This document shows, piece after piece, positions 9,663 through 19,473 of a stretch of 64,000 bases of DNA. The position numbers and the translations under genes are program-made. Under the pieces are notes generated by a model. The model was not told the origin of the DNA. It made no database searches and worked only from the letters and a program-made list of their open reading frames with translations. Location of the stretch: assembly GCA_965207065.1 (NCBI GenBank), contig OZ242260.1, positions 4,224,001 through 4,288,000 on the forward strand, read 5' to 3'. The first letter of the stretch is position 1. Each line of letters opens with the position of its first letter. Origin of the DNA: a bacterium (GTDB lineage Bacteria; UBA8248).

Positions 9663-11258
9663 TTATTTGCGGGCGTATTTCTTGCCCAGGTTCTCCTCCC
9701 AGGTGAGATAGCCCTCCATCGCGCTGCGTCCGATGTCGTAGGGCTTGAGCTGTACGTCCTTGGGAAGTTCATCCAGACCCTCTCGTCCCGTATCGAGGGA
9801 ATAGCCAGCCTCTCGCCAGGCCTTCTTGCCCCCTTCGAGATAGCCCGCTCTGCGGTATCCGAGCCTTTGGAGTGCGAGTGCGCTCAGAGCGGATTTTCGC
9901 CCGTCCTCGCAGACGCACATCACCCGCGCTCTTTTATTTCCTGCCCGCTCAAACGCCTCCTCCTCGAACTGGCCTCTGGACACCCAGAGAGAACCCGGCA
10001 GATGGCCCCTCTCGTAGGAGGAGCTTAAATCCACGTCCAGAATCGCGCCGAACCTCCGGGCGCTCGCCTCCCCGGACGAATAGGCGCGGGCTTGCGAGCG
10101 CGCTTGTTCGAGAAGTAAAACCTCCCCCGCCCCCGCCGGGCTTTCTCCCGAAGCCGCCTCGCTGGGCTTCTCAATCGCTTCACCGGCCTCACGCCACGCC
10201 GTGAGGCCACCGCGCAGCACGCTGACGTCGAGTCCCATCTCGCGAAGCCAGTAGGCCGCCATGACGCCGCGCGCGTTATTATCGCAATAGGTCACGATTT
10301 TTCCCGCGCGCACGGCGACCACCTCGTCTGTGCGCTGCGCCGCCTGCCCGCCGGGGATGGAGATGGCCCCCGGAATGTGGCCTCCCGAAAACTCGGGCGC
10401 CAAACGTACGTCGAGCACGTAGAGCGTGCGGTTGTCGGCTTGCGCCTGAAGCGCGCGAAGCTCTTCGACCGATACGAAGGGAATCCCCTCCTCTTCGGCC
10501 ACCTGCGCGCCGAGCATTTCCCCATGGGCGCGGCTCTCCTCCGATGGCGCCGGAATCTCGCTCGGTTTTCCCTCTTCGAGCTGCAAGCCCTCGAGGATGA
10601 TGCCCATGCCGCCGTTTTTGAGCGCGCGCGCGTGCGTGACGCCCAGGCGGTGAAGCGCCTGCGTGCCGATAATGCTGCGGGTGCGGCCCGCGCAGTTGAT
10701 GATGAGAGGCGTTTCCTTGTCCTGGTCCAGATCCCATGCGTGGAGGATGAGTTCGCCTCCCGGCAGGCTCCGCCCCGTGGGGACGCAGAAGCGCTCGAAT
10801 TCCACCTCCGTTCTCGTATCGAATATGCGAGGGGGCGTATCGCCCTCGATCAGATCGTAAAGCTCACGGGCCGTAATTTCGGGCACCTCGTTTTCCACGT
10901 GAATCCGCTCGCCGAAATCCTTGCTCGGCACGTTCGTGCCTGAAGCCGTGGGGAAGCCCTGCGCCTCCCATGCGCCCAGGCCGCCTTCGAGCACCGAGAC
11001 GTCCGCATAGCCGCATTCCTCAAAAAGCGCGGCGACGCGCTCCGCCCGGAGGCCGCCCTCGTCCATGCACACCACGGGCGTCGACTTCACGGGCACGAGG
11101 CGCTCCGCAAGGATTTCCACCTCGCCGCGCGGGGCATTCGTCGTCATGAAAATCTGTTTTTCGTGAAACTCCATCGGGTCGCGCACATCGAGCACCGCGT
11201 GCGCGCTGGAGCTCTCCATCAAGTCCTTAAGTACAACCGGCGATATTCTTTTCACCAT
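9663..11258 (-). CDS. Four-domain rhodanese-like sulfurtransferase
   Basis: Repeated LDVR / LEGG..AW units; CAGRTRS loop in domain 2. Confidence 0.9.
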   Translation of the reverse strand: MVKRISPVVLKDLMESSSAHAVLDVRDPMEFHEKQIFMTTNAPRGEVEILAERLVPVKSTPVVCMDEGGLRAERVAALFEECGYADVSVLEGGLGAWEAQGFPTASGTNVPSKDFGERIHVENEVPEITARELYDLIEGDTPPRIFDTRTEVEFERFCVPTGRSLPGGELILHAWDLDQDKETPLIINCAGRTRSIIGTQALHRLGVTHARALKNGGMGIILEGLQLEEGKPSEIPAPSEESRAHGEMLGAQVAEEEGIPFVSVEELRALQAQADNRTLYVLDVRLAPEFSGGHIPGAISIPGGQAAQRTDEVVAVRAGKIVTYCDNNARGVMAAYWLREMGLDVSVLRGGLTAWREAGEAIEKPSEAASGESPAGAGEVLLLEQARSQARAYSSGEASARRFGAILDVDLSSSYERGHLPGSLWVSRGQFEEEAFERAGNKRARVMCVCEDGRKSALSALALQRLGYRRAGYLEGGKKAWREAGYSLDTGREGLDELPKDVQLKPYDIGRSAMEGYLTWEENLGKKYARK

Positions 11259-11294
11259 GTCTGCGTGTCCTTCCAGTGTGTATGAGCCATACGC

Positions 11295-12191
11295 CTAGCG
11301 GGAGGGAATGCCCGCCATGCGCCTGAATACCTCGATGATGGCCGCCGTATCCGCATCCGCGAGCCCGCCATGCTCGGCTGCCTGGAGCACCTGCTGGTGC
11401 ACCGAACTGAGCAGCATGGGGGAGCCGAGCTTCTGGCCCTGTTCCAGCATGAGCCGCACGTCCTTGTGGTGCTGCTTGATGCGCGAGAGGGGTTCCTCGT
11501 AATCCGCGTGAATCATGCGGGGGCCGCGCTGGTCCATGGCCTTGCTGTAGGCTGCGCTGTCCTTGAGCACTTCGAGCACGCGCTCCATATCGAGGCCCGA
11601 CTTCATGCCCAGCACGAGACCCTCCGAGAGCGCCAGTCGCGTCAGGCCCAGCACGAGGTTGATGACGAGCTTCGTCCGCGCGCCCGCGCCGTTCGGCCCC
11701 ATGTGGTGGATGGAGCGGGCGAATGTCGCCAGAATCGGCTCCGCCGCTTCGAAATCGCTATCCTCGCCCCCGACGACGGAGACGATCTTCCCTTCGAGCA
11801 CCTGGTTGCGCGAACCGCTCAGACTCGCATCGAGAAAGCCGATTCCCCTTTCGCGTAGGTCCGCCCCGAGTTTCTCGGAATCATCGGGGCTCGAAGTGGA
11901 TGTATCGATGATGACGAGGCCGTCCCGCGCCACGCTCGCGATGCCGCCGTCGCCCAGGCAGGTTTCGCGAACGACGTGGCTGTAGAGCAGGGAAATGATG
12001 ACGAACTGCGCATCCTCCGCCGCTTCCGCCGCCGAACTTGCGGGAGTGCCCCCGTTCTCGGCGAGCGCATCGAGCCTGCCCCCGTCGATGTCGAACCCCC
12101 GCACGCTGTGCCCCTCTTCCATCAGCTTCTGGCTCATGGCCGTTCCCATGAGGCCCAGTCCTACGATTCCGATATTCGCGCTTTCCGCCAT
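11295..12191 (-). CDS. NAD(P)-dependent 3-hydroxyacid dehydrogenase (3-hydroxyisobutyrate DH family)
   Basis: GIVGLGLMG Rossmann motif, DASLSG, KLVIN, KDVRL. Confidence 0.9.
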   Translation of the reverse strand: MAESANIGIVGLGLMGTAMSQKLMEEGHSVRGFDIDGGRLDALAENGGTPASSAAEAAEDAQFVIISLLYSHVVRETCLGDGGIASVARDGLVIIDTSTSSPDDSEKLGADLRERGIGFLDASLSGSRNQVLEGKIVSVVGGEDSDFEAAEPILATFARSIHHMGPNGAGARTKLVINLVLGLTRLALSEGLVLGMKSGLDMERVLEVLKDSAAYSKAMDQRGPRMIHADYEEPLSRIKQHHKDVRLMLEQGQKLGSPMLLSSVHQQVLQAAEHGGLADADTAAIIEVFRRMAGIPSR

Positions 12192-12240
12192 CTCGCGTCT
12201 CCAGACATACGAAGCCATCCCCCAGAGGGGAGTATGAAAG

Positions 12241-13353
12241 TTAAAATTTGGGTCGTCCCTCGTGAGCGTACCCCGTCATCTCGATAAAGCCCACCCCCGA
12301 GAGCTTTTTATCGCCAGAAATGCTTTCTGCGAAAACGCCCCCTTCCCAATAGGTGATCCCCGTGCTGCCCGCAGATTCTATCTCCTGCGCGCGGGCATAA
12401 GGCTCCACGCGCAAGCGAAGGCCGTGCGCGGGGACCTCGACCTCCCACCCCATGGGATATACGCCGCCGCTTCGCTCGCTCTTCCAGGTATCCACACCCT
12501 GGAAGCGGAAATCCCCGAGGCGCAGATGCGTCGTGCTGCCATCCGCCTCCACCAGCGTGCCGCTGCTCGTGTGCTCCACGCTCCCGTCTTTTCGCCTCAG
12601 GAGATATAACATCAAATCCCGGCCATCGGACAACTGGAGACTCAGCCAGTCCCATCCCACCTGATCTTTCGTCAACTGGTTCGAGCCGAACTCATGGTCC
12701 ATCCACGCCGTTCCGCGCACCTCGACCTTTCTCCCCTCGATTTCGAGAGCACCCGAGGCGAGAAGCCGCGTATAGGAATAATAGTGAGACGCACGCCCCG
12801 GACCCGGCGCCTTCTGGCTCACTCCGTTCTCACCGTGAATCACGAGGGGTTTCGCGGGCTTCAGATCGAGGCGCAGCTTCATCTCGGGCGCCGCCGCGCT
12901 TATCCGGAGCGAGGATGGGCCATCTCCACCCGTGCTTTCGGCGCGCCAGTCGCGCAGCCATACCTTGAGACCCTTATCCGACGCGCCCGCCTGCTCTAGT
13001 TCGCCCCGGCTGATTCGCTCTGAAAACCGGTGCTTCTTCCGCTTCGCGTCCAGGACCGAGAAATGCCCGAAATAAAGGTTCCTGAGCGCCCAGCGGCTTT
13101 TCGATTTGCGGGGCGCTCCGGGCCGAAGCCCCACCCGGAAAAACGTGAGCATGAAGGGGTATTTCCCGCCTTCTGAATCCTGCAGGTTTCCCGAGAAATA
13201 CCACCACTCCGTGCGGAACGCCTCGTGCGCGCCGTTGTCTCTGGGAAACTGGTAGCGATAGCCGGGGAGCGCCTGCCGCCAACTCGCAGGGTGCGCAGGC
13301 GCAGCGCCCAGTATGAAAACGGCGGCCAGAAGAGCTGTGAATAGTTTTTTCAT
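12241..13353 (-). CDS. AttH / CrtC-like lipocalin-fold secreted protein
   Basis: Signal peptide; FPRD.GAH, EWWYF, SHYYS, WMDHE, GWDW and YWEG motifs. Confidence 0.9.
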   Translation of the reverse strand: MKKLFTALLAAVFILGAAPAHPASWRQALPGYRYQFPRDNGAHEAFRTEWWYFSGNLQDSEGGKYPFMLTFFRVGLRPGAPRKSKSRWALRNLYFGHFSVLDAKRKKHRFSERISRGELEQAGASDKGLKVWLRDWRAESTGGDGPSSLRISAAAPEMKLRLDLKPAKPLVIHGENGVSQKAPGPGRASHYYSYTRLLASGALEIEGRKVEVRGTAWMDHEFGSNQLTKDQVGWDWLSLQLSDGRDLMLYLLRRKDGSVEHTSSGTLVEADGSTTHLRLGDFRFQGVDTWKSERSGGVYPMGWEVEVPAHGLRLRVEPYARAQEIESAGSTGITYWEGGVFAESISGDKKLSGVGFIEMTGYAHEGRPKF

Positions 13354-15944
13354 TCTTCGCTCAACGCCTCACGAATCGGGATCCTCGCGGCGGCTCTCGC
13401 AGGGAGCCAGCTCGCGGCCAGCGAGGCGAGAACCACGACGAGAAGATAAACCGCCATACCCTTCCAGGCGAAAATATACTGAATCGTCCAGCCGAAACTC
13501 AGCTTGTTGACGACGAAAATCAAAATGGCCGCCAGGCACACGCCGGACGCGAGACCAACGAGCACGGAGAGAACCCCAATAATGACCGCCTCTCCCATGA
13601 TGGCGGATACGATTCCCTTGCGGTTGAACCCCATGGCGCGCAGCGCGCCGATTTCATGAACGCGCTCCAGGATGTTGGAACTCAAACCCGTCGCCACGCC
13701 GAGAAGAGCTACCACGACGACGATGAACTCCAGCGCATACGTGATGGCGAACGTCTGATCGAATATGCTCGATACGCGTTTTTTGAGACCGCGGTTGGAG
13801 ATCAGTACCATGGTGGGGTCGAGAACTTTTTCGAGCGATTTGCGAACCTGTTCCGGCCGCGCATCTTCCGTGAGATAAATCGCAAGGGCGCTTAAGCGAT
13901 CATCTCGCCAGTGTTTTTTCAGGAATTCGCGATCCACCACGACGAAGCCGCCGTCCGTAGTGTAGTCGTAATACACGCCCGCCACCTTGAGCGAAACCTC
14001 GCCCCCCGGAGCCGGGAGGCGCAGGAGGTCTCCTTTCTTCACGCCGTAGAGGTTCGAGAAAGTCTCCGTAACGATTGCCTCGCCGCGCGTCCTCGCCCTC
14101 GTGATCGTTTCTTTCGAATCGCCCTCTAAAAACAGCCGCCTGCCCCTTTCGGCCTCGATGCGAAAATCACCGCCCGCAAGCGTGATGCGTTCCCCGCGCC
14201 AGGGCAGGAGAACGGCCCGGAAGCCACCTACCGCCGCGACGCCTGAAACGCCGCCGATGGCCTGGATCGCGTCTTCTGAAATGCTCGCCTTAGACCCCTT
14301 GATGAAACGCGAAGCGGGTGCTGCGTAGAAATCCGCTCTCAGCGTCTGATGCGTCCAGACTTCCACCGTGGCGCGGAAGCTCTCGATCATGATGATGAGG
14401 CTCACCAGCATGGCCACGGCGATCGCCAATGAAGACAGCGTAACCGCATTTCGGTGCGGGTGCCTGCCCAGACCGTGTGCGGCGAGCCAGGCGTTCAAGG
14501 CGCCACACGAAACTCGCCGGACGAGGACCGAGCCGCACAAAACGACCGGCAGGCTGAAAAGCGCGGTGGCCAGAATGACAGCCGCCGCCGATAGATAGCC
14601 AGGCAGAGGAGTTCCTCGCGTCAGGGCCTCCAGGTTCAGCCAGTAGGCGATGAGGGCAGTGAGCAGGGCGCTCCCAACCAGGATAGCGATAATCTTCGGA
14701 CGCACTTCTACTTTTCCGCGCTTATCCACGACGCCCTGGCGGGGGCTTTGCCGCGAAGCGACGATTGCAGGATAGATTCCAGAAACCAGTGAAACGCCCA
14801 AGCCCACGCCGAATCCCCAGAGAAGCGTCTCCGGCCCCAAGGGGACATGGCGCACCTCCAGAAATGCGTAGAGGTTCCGTATCGTTTGGGAGATGAACGA
14901 AAGCGCTCCCTGGGCCATGAACGTCCCCATCGCAACTCCCAGGCAAGAGCCGGCCAGGCCGATGCTAAGCGCCTCCGCGCCATAGAGGGAGACGATTCCT
15001 CTCGACGTCATGCCCAGCGATCGCAGGGTGGCGATTTCACCTCTTCGCCGCAAGACCGAAGCCGACATTGTGTTGTAGATCAGAAAACAGCCCACCAGGA
15101 GCGCGATGACGCTCAGCACCGTGAGATTGAGTTGGAACGACGCCAGCATCTTCTCCACGTCGCGTCCGCGCCGCGCGGGCCGCTCGACGACCGCGCCGGG
15201 CGGGAGAAAGCTCTGGATTCTCTCGCGGATCGATTCGATTTCACCTCCATCTTCGAGAATCAGATCGATTCGGTCCAGACGGCCGAAACGCTCGAACACC
15301 TCCTGCGCAACGCCGATATCCAGGATGAGGAGGCGGCCGTCCATCGACTTCGCCATGCCCTCTGGCTTGAGGACGCCCCGGACGCGAAAACGCATTCTCC
15401 GAGCAGCCTCGATTTCCACGAAATCGCCTGCCCCGACGCCCAGCGCATCGGCTGCTCCCCGGGCGACGAACAGGCCCTGCGGGTCGGCGATGCGCGAGAG
15501 AACTTCCTCGCGCGAATACTTATTTTCGAACTCATAACCCCTGAAATCATTGTCCCCCAGCAAGTCGAGTCCCAGGGCCAGTACGGCGCGTCCTTGCGAC
15601 GGCGCGCCGCGCCGCCACCTGTCTCCTGACCCTCCGGCCTTCCTCACCCAAACGTGCTGCTGGATGACGGGCGCCGCTCTTTTCACTTCCTTCATCGCCC
15701 GGAACCTCAAGATGAGATTCTCATCCACACCCAGACCGCCCGCTGAAACTTCGAGTTGCGTCTTGCCGGAAATGGCCACCAGGCTATTCTCAAACGCCCG
15801 GGTGGAGGTTTCGTTCGCCATCTTGACGGCGAGAAAGACGGCTACGCCCAGCGCCACACCCACCAGCGTGAGAGCCAGGCGAAACGGCTCCTCCTTGAGA
15901 CGCCGCCAGGCGAGAAGGCGCAAGAGGGAAGCGGTGACGCTCAT
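13350..15944 (-). CDS. FtsX/MacB-type ABC transporter permease (duplicated, AttFG-like)
   Basis: 864 aa; two R..EI..LR..G motifs, two periplasmic domains. Confidence 0.9.
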   Translation of the reverse strand: MSVTASLLRLLAWRRLKEEPFRLALTLVGVALGVAVFLAVKMANETSTRAFENSLVAISGKTQLEVSAGGLGVDENLILRFRAMKEVKRAAPVIQQHVWVRKAGGSGDRWRRGAPSQGRAVLALGLDLLGDNDFRGYEFENKYSREEVLSRIADPQGLFVARGAADALGVGAGDFVEIEAARRMRFRVRGVLKPEGMAKSMDGRLLILDIGVAQEVFERFGRLDRIDLILEDGGEIESIRERIQSFLPPGAVVERPARRGRDVEKMLASFQLNLTVLSVIALLVGCFLIYNTMSASVLRRRGEIATLRSLGMTSRGIVSLYGAEALSIGLAGSCLGVAMGTFMAQGALSFISQTIRNLYAFLEVRHVPLGPETLLWGFGVGLGVSLVSGIYPAIVASRQSPRQGVVDKRGKVEVRPKIIAILVGSALLTALIAYWLNLEALTRGTPLPGYLSAAAVILATALFSLPVVLCGSVLVRRVSCGALNAWLAAHGLGRHPHRNAVTLSSLAIAVAMLVSLIIMIESFRATVEVWTHQTLRADFYAAPASRFIKGSKASISEDAIQAIGGVSGVAAVGGFRAVLLPWRGERITLAGGDFRIEAERGRRLFLEGDSKETITRARTRGEAIVTETFSNLYGVKKGDLLRLPAPGGEVSLKVAGVYYDYTTDGGFVVVDREFLKKHWRDDRLSALAIYLTEDARPEQVRKSLEKVLDPTMVLISNRGLKKRVSSIFDQTFAITYALEFIVVVVALLGVATGLSSNILERVHEIGALRAMGFNRKGIVSAIMGEAVIIGVLSVLVGLASGVCLAAILIFVVNKLSFGWTIQYIFAWKGMAVYLLVVVLASLAASWLPARAAARIPIREALSEE

Positions 15945-15962
15945 CTCCCCGCTTCCTCCAGG

Positions 15963-16399
15963 AAACCCCTTCTCGCTCGGAATTGTCCACCGCCGTCATT
16001 CCGGCGAAAGCCGGAATCCATTTGCGGGTGCGAGTGAATGAACAGCGGCGTTTCATCCCCCGCAGATGAGCAGGAACCCTGACGAAAGGCAAAAGGCGTA
16101 AAAATGGATTCCGTCGAACCCTCATTCATCAATCGGGTTCGACACCGGAATGACGGTGAACACTCTCGATTGGGAAGGCAACAACTACTTTTGGGGAGGG
16201 AATCCCGAGCATCGAATTGTTCACCGTAGGGACAGGCCCCCGTGCCTGTCCTGATGCGGGACAACCACGGGGGTAGGCATCTTCGATACGGGCGGCCACG
16301 GGGGGCCGCCCCTACGTCACAAAACGCGGGTAGGTACATATTCCCTCCCCGGTCGACTCCATACGCCGAACCACGAAGCCAGGTCTTTTTCAACAACCC
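15963..16399. mobile_element. MITE/REP cluster C inserted between ABC ATPase and permease genes
   Basis: TTTTTCAACAACCC end; CGTC REP pair 15993-16156; GTAG REP pair 16226-16315; flanked by direct repeat TCCTCCAGG (15954-15962, 16400-16408). Confidence 0.8.
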
Positions 16400-17073
16400 T
16401 CCTCCAGGCGGCCATCGGTTATACCGACCCGCCGGGTGGCGTAGCGCAAGGGCATCTGGTCGTGCGTCGCCATGACGACCGTGAAACCGTCTTCCTGGTG
16501 GAGTTCGGAGACGAGTTCCAGGACGTTTTGCGAGTTCTCGGAATCGAGGTTGCCCGTCGGCTCATCGGCGAGGATGAGGCGGGGCTTGTGGATGATGGCC
16601 CGCGCAACGGCCACGCGCTGCATCTCCCCGCCGGAGAGCTGCCTCGGGAAGCTGCGCATCCGGTTCTCAAGCCCCACGCGCGCCAGGGCGTTTTCGGCCA
16701 TTTCCTTGATTTCGGATCGTTTCCGGCCCTGAAGCAGAAGAGGCAGGGCGACATTCTCATAAGCCGTCATCGTCGGCATGAGATGAAAGAACTGATGGAT
16801 GAAGCCCACATCTCTCAGGCGGATTTCGCTCAGTCCCTCATCGCTCAGGCGCGATATTTCGCGTCCATCCAGAAACACCTCGCCACTCGATGGCGCGTCG
16901 ACAGCCCCCATCAGGTGCAGAAACGTGCTCTTGCCCGACCCGCTCGGGCCCGAAACCGTGATAAACTCGCCTGGTTCCGCCCGGAAGCTAACACCCCTGA
17001 GCGCGTGGATTTGCGCTTCGCCCGCGACGTAGGTTTTAGATACCTCTTTCAACTCGACCAGGGGATGGGCCAT
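16390..17073 (-). CDS. ABC transporter ATP-binding protein (LolD/MacB-like)
   Basis: GPSGSGKST Walker A, LSGGEMQRV signature, ILADEPTGNLD. Confidence 0.95.
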   Translation of the reverse strand: MAHPLVELKEVSKTYVAGEAQIHALRGVSFRAEPGEFITVSGPSGSGKSTFLHLMGAVDAPSSGEVFLDGREISRLSDEGLSEIRLRDVGFIHQFFHLMPTMTAYENVALPLLLQGRKRSEIKEMAENALARVGLENRMRSFPRQLSGGEMQRVAVARAIIHKPRLILADEPTGNLDSENSQNVLELVSELHQEDGFTVVMATHDQMPLRYATRRVGITDGRLEEGC

Positions 17074-17118
17074 ACCGTTTCTCCGAAGGCGAACTTAAGA
17101 AAACCAAGGAGTCTTCAC

Positions 17119-17517
17119 TTGTTCGAATCGCTGCCCGCCGTTTTTCTGATCACCAAAGACTACGAGGCGTCTTGTCGATTTTATACCGAAACGCTGGAGT
17201 TGAAAGAAGCGAGCCGGGCGAAAGACCACGTACGCTATGATTTGGGAGGTACTTCGCTCGTCATCCACGCGCCGATCGCGGATGAGGAAATGCGCAAGTG
17301 GAATCTTGAACCCCTGCAGGAACCAAGAGGTTCGGGCGTCGTCGTCACGCTCACGCCCGAGGACGTAGACCGCGCCCATGACGCACTTATCAAAAAAGGT
17401 GCGGAAGTCATATTCCCGCCCCGCGATGCTCCCTGGGGCGTGCGCATGTTCATGCTGAAGGACCCGAACGGGTTTCTGATCGAGGTGAGCAAGCCCCTTC
17501 CAGGCGGCTCAGGATAG
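17119..17517 (+). CDS. VOC / glyoxalase family protein
   Basis: TTG start after AGGAG; FY...L.L and PWG.R.F..KDPNG..IE motifs. Confidence 0.85.
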   Translation: MFESLPAVFLITKDYEASCRFYTETLELKEASRAKDHVRYDLGGTSLVIHAPIADEEMRKWNLEPLQEPRGSGVVVTLTPEDVDRAHDALIKKGAEVIFPPRDAPWGVRMFMLKDPNGFLIEVSKPLPGGSG

Positions 17518-18378
17518 TCCCTCGTACACCGAACTCTCCTCGCCTCGCACTTCCGCCTGTGATTGGACGCGAACGAAGGATTCCTCTTTGTAGAGCCAGC
17601 GCCCGGTCAAGCGAACGAACCACCAGAAGAAATTACCGTTGATCTGGCTCTTGTGGGCGGTGAGCGCGCGAAATTTGCGGCGAAGCTGCCAGCGGATGTT
17701 CACGCGGGTGGTGATGACTTCATCCGGCGTACCGTACTTGTCCTCCCTGAAATCCGGATCGTCGAGCGGCGTTTTCTGTCCGAAAAACTTCATCCAGCGC
17801 CAGGCGCGCAGCATCTTCGAGCGTGACCACGCGGTGTGGTAGAACTTGGGGACGCGCCAGATATCTTGCCCTTCTTCGGGGAATCGAGCGGGGTCCGCGG
17901 CCGCCTCCAACGCCTCGGTGGTGACCTTGTTCGCCTTTAAGTGATCGGGATGTCCGTACCCGCCCTGCTCGTTGTAGGTGATGACCACGTCGGGGCGATA
18001 GCGGCGTATGTAGGCCACAATCCTGCCGACGACTTCATCCTCATCGGAGTTCTTGAACGCCTTGGGGTGCCCGTTGCCCTCCCAGCCGTCCATGCCCGAA
18101 TCGCGATAGCCCAAGGAGTGAACTTCCGAAATCCGCAAAATCCGCGCCGCACTTTCCAGCTCTTCGAGCCTGATCTCCCCGAGCCTGTCCTGGTCCGACT
18201 CGGATTCGGGGTCGAGGTTCACGCCGATATGCTCCATCTTGCCCATCTCGCCGTTGGTGCAGGTGACGAGTATGACGCGGTGGCCCTCGCGCGCGCTCTT
18301 TAGAATCAGACCGCCCGTACTGCTGCACTCATCGTCGGGGTGCGCATGAACAAGCATGAGGGTGAAGGATTTTGACAT
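17509..18378 (-). CDS. PIG-L family deacetylase (MshB/Mca/BshB-like)
   Basis: VHAHPDDE, TCTNGE, GGYGHPDH and AHKSQ motifs. Confidence 0.9.
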   Translation of the reverse strand: MSKSFTLMLVHAHPDDECSSTGGLILKSAREGHRVILVTCTNGEMGKMEHIGVNLDPESESDQDRLGEIRLEELESAARILRISEVHSLGYRDSGMDGWEGNGHPKAFKNSDEDEVVGRIVAYIRRYRPDVVITYNEQGGYGHPDHLKANKVTTEALEAAADPARFPEEGQDIWRVPKFYHTAWSRSKMLRAWRWMKFFGQKTPLDDPDFREDKYGTPDEVITTRVNIRWQLRRKFRALTAHKSQINGNFFWWFVRLTGRWLYKEESFVRVQSQAEVRGEESSVYEGLS

Positions 18379-18450
18379 GGGTTCCGGACGCCCGGAGGCG
18401 CGAAAAAGGCCGCCGGAACGGAAACCGGCGGCCCTTGGAGGCGACGAATA

Positions 18451-19473
18451 CTAGTGGTGCTCCCAGGTATCTCCCGAATTCAAGAGCGTGTCGATATCGC
18501 CCTCGCCTTTCGCCTGGGCCGCGGCGACTTGATCCCCCATCAATCCCTCGAACGGCGGACGCTCCACCTTTCTCAGAACGCCCAGGGGCACGGGGCCGCC
18601 TTCGAGTTCGACCCGGCTCAGGATATGGGCGTAGCCGCCCGCCTCATCGTCCACGCGATGGACGGTGACGTCGGGAGAATCGGCCTCGACGACCCGGACC
18701 TTGTAATCATCCAGGGAGATTCCCTTGCGATCATCCTGCGGACCATAGACGAGGGGCTGGCCGTCTTCGAGATACATCACGTTCTGCTCTTTCATGCCTT
18801 TCTCGGTGAACTTGTGCCACGCGCCGTCGTTGAACACGATGCAGTTCTGCAGCACCTCGAGAAGCGACGTGCCCTCGTGGTTCGCCATCTCCTCGAACAT
18901 CGAGGCCATGTGCTTCTGATCCCTGTCCGTCGTGCGGGCCACAAAGCTGCACTCCGCTCCCAGGGCCAGCGTCAGCGGGTGGAGCGGATAGTCCACCGAA
19001 CCGGTGGGCGTGGATTTCGTGCGCGAGCCCAGAAGCGAGGTCGGCGAATACTGGCCCTTGGTCAATCCGTACACGCGGTTGTTGAAGAGAATGATCTTGA
19101 CGCCCACGTTGCGGCGCATGGAGTGAATCAGGTGGTTGCCGCCGATGGACAGCGCGTCGCCGTCGCCGCTGATGACCCAGACGGAGAGGTCCGGGTTGCT
19201 CACCTTCACGCCGGTGGCGAACGCCGGAGCGCGTCCGTGAATGGTGTGGAAACCGAAGGTGTCCATGTAGTAGGGAAAGCGCGCCGCGCAGCCGATACCG
19301 GATACGAAAACGAACTTCTCGCGCGGAATCTCGAGCGTCGGCAGCACCTTCTGCATCTGCGCCAGTATCGCGTAGTCACCGCAACCCGGGCACCAGCGCA
19401 CGACCTGGTCGGACTGAAAATCCTTGCGGGTGAGGCCCAACCCACCGCCATTCTTGGCTGTCGTCGTAGACAT
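18451..19473 (-). CDS. korB: 2-oxoacid:ferredoxin oxidoreductase beta subunit
   Basis: WCPGCGD, SGIGC, HGRA and GDGDALSIGGNH TPP-binding motifs. Confidence 0.9.
   Translation of the reverse strand: MSTTTAKNGGGLGLTRKDFQSDQVVRWCPGCGDYAILAQMQKVLPTLEIPREKFVFVSGIGCAARFPYYMDTFGFHTIHGRAPAFATGVKVSNPDLSVWVISGDGDALSIGGNHLIHSMRRNVGVKIILFNNRVYGLTKGQYSPTSLLGSRTKSTPTGSVDYPLHPLTLALGAECSFVARTTDRDQKHMASMFEEMANHEGTSLLEVLQNCIVFNDGAWHKFTEKGMKEQNVMYLEDGQPLVYGPQDDRKGISLDDYKVRVVEADSPDVTVHRVDDEAGGYAHILSRVELEGGPVPLGVLRKVERPPFEGLMGDQVAAAQAKGEGDIDTLLNSGDTWEHH

Noticed and set aside
16050-16100. Hammerhead-like CAGATGA...GAAA motif
   Set aside because: Core deviates from CUGAUGA and stems I and III cannot be formed
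16462-17118. 351-aa track ORF as a long VOC fusion
   Set aside because: Its N-terminal part is antisense to the ABC ATPase; the real start is the TTG at 17119 after AGGAG
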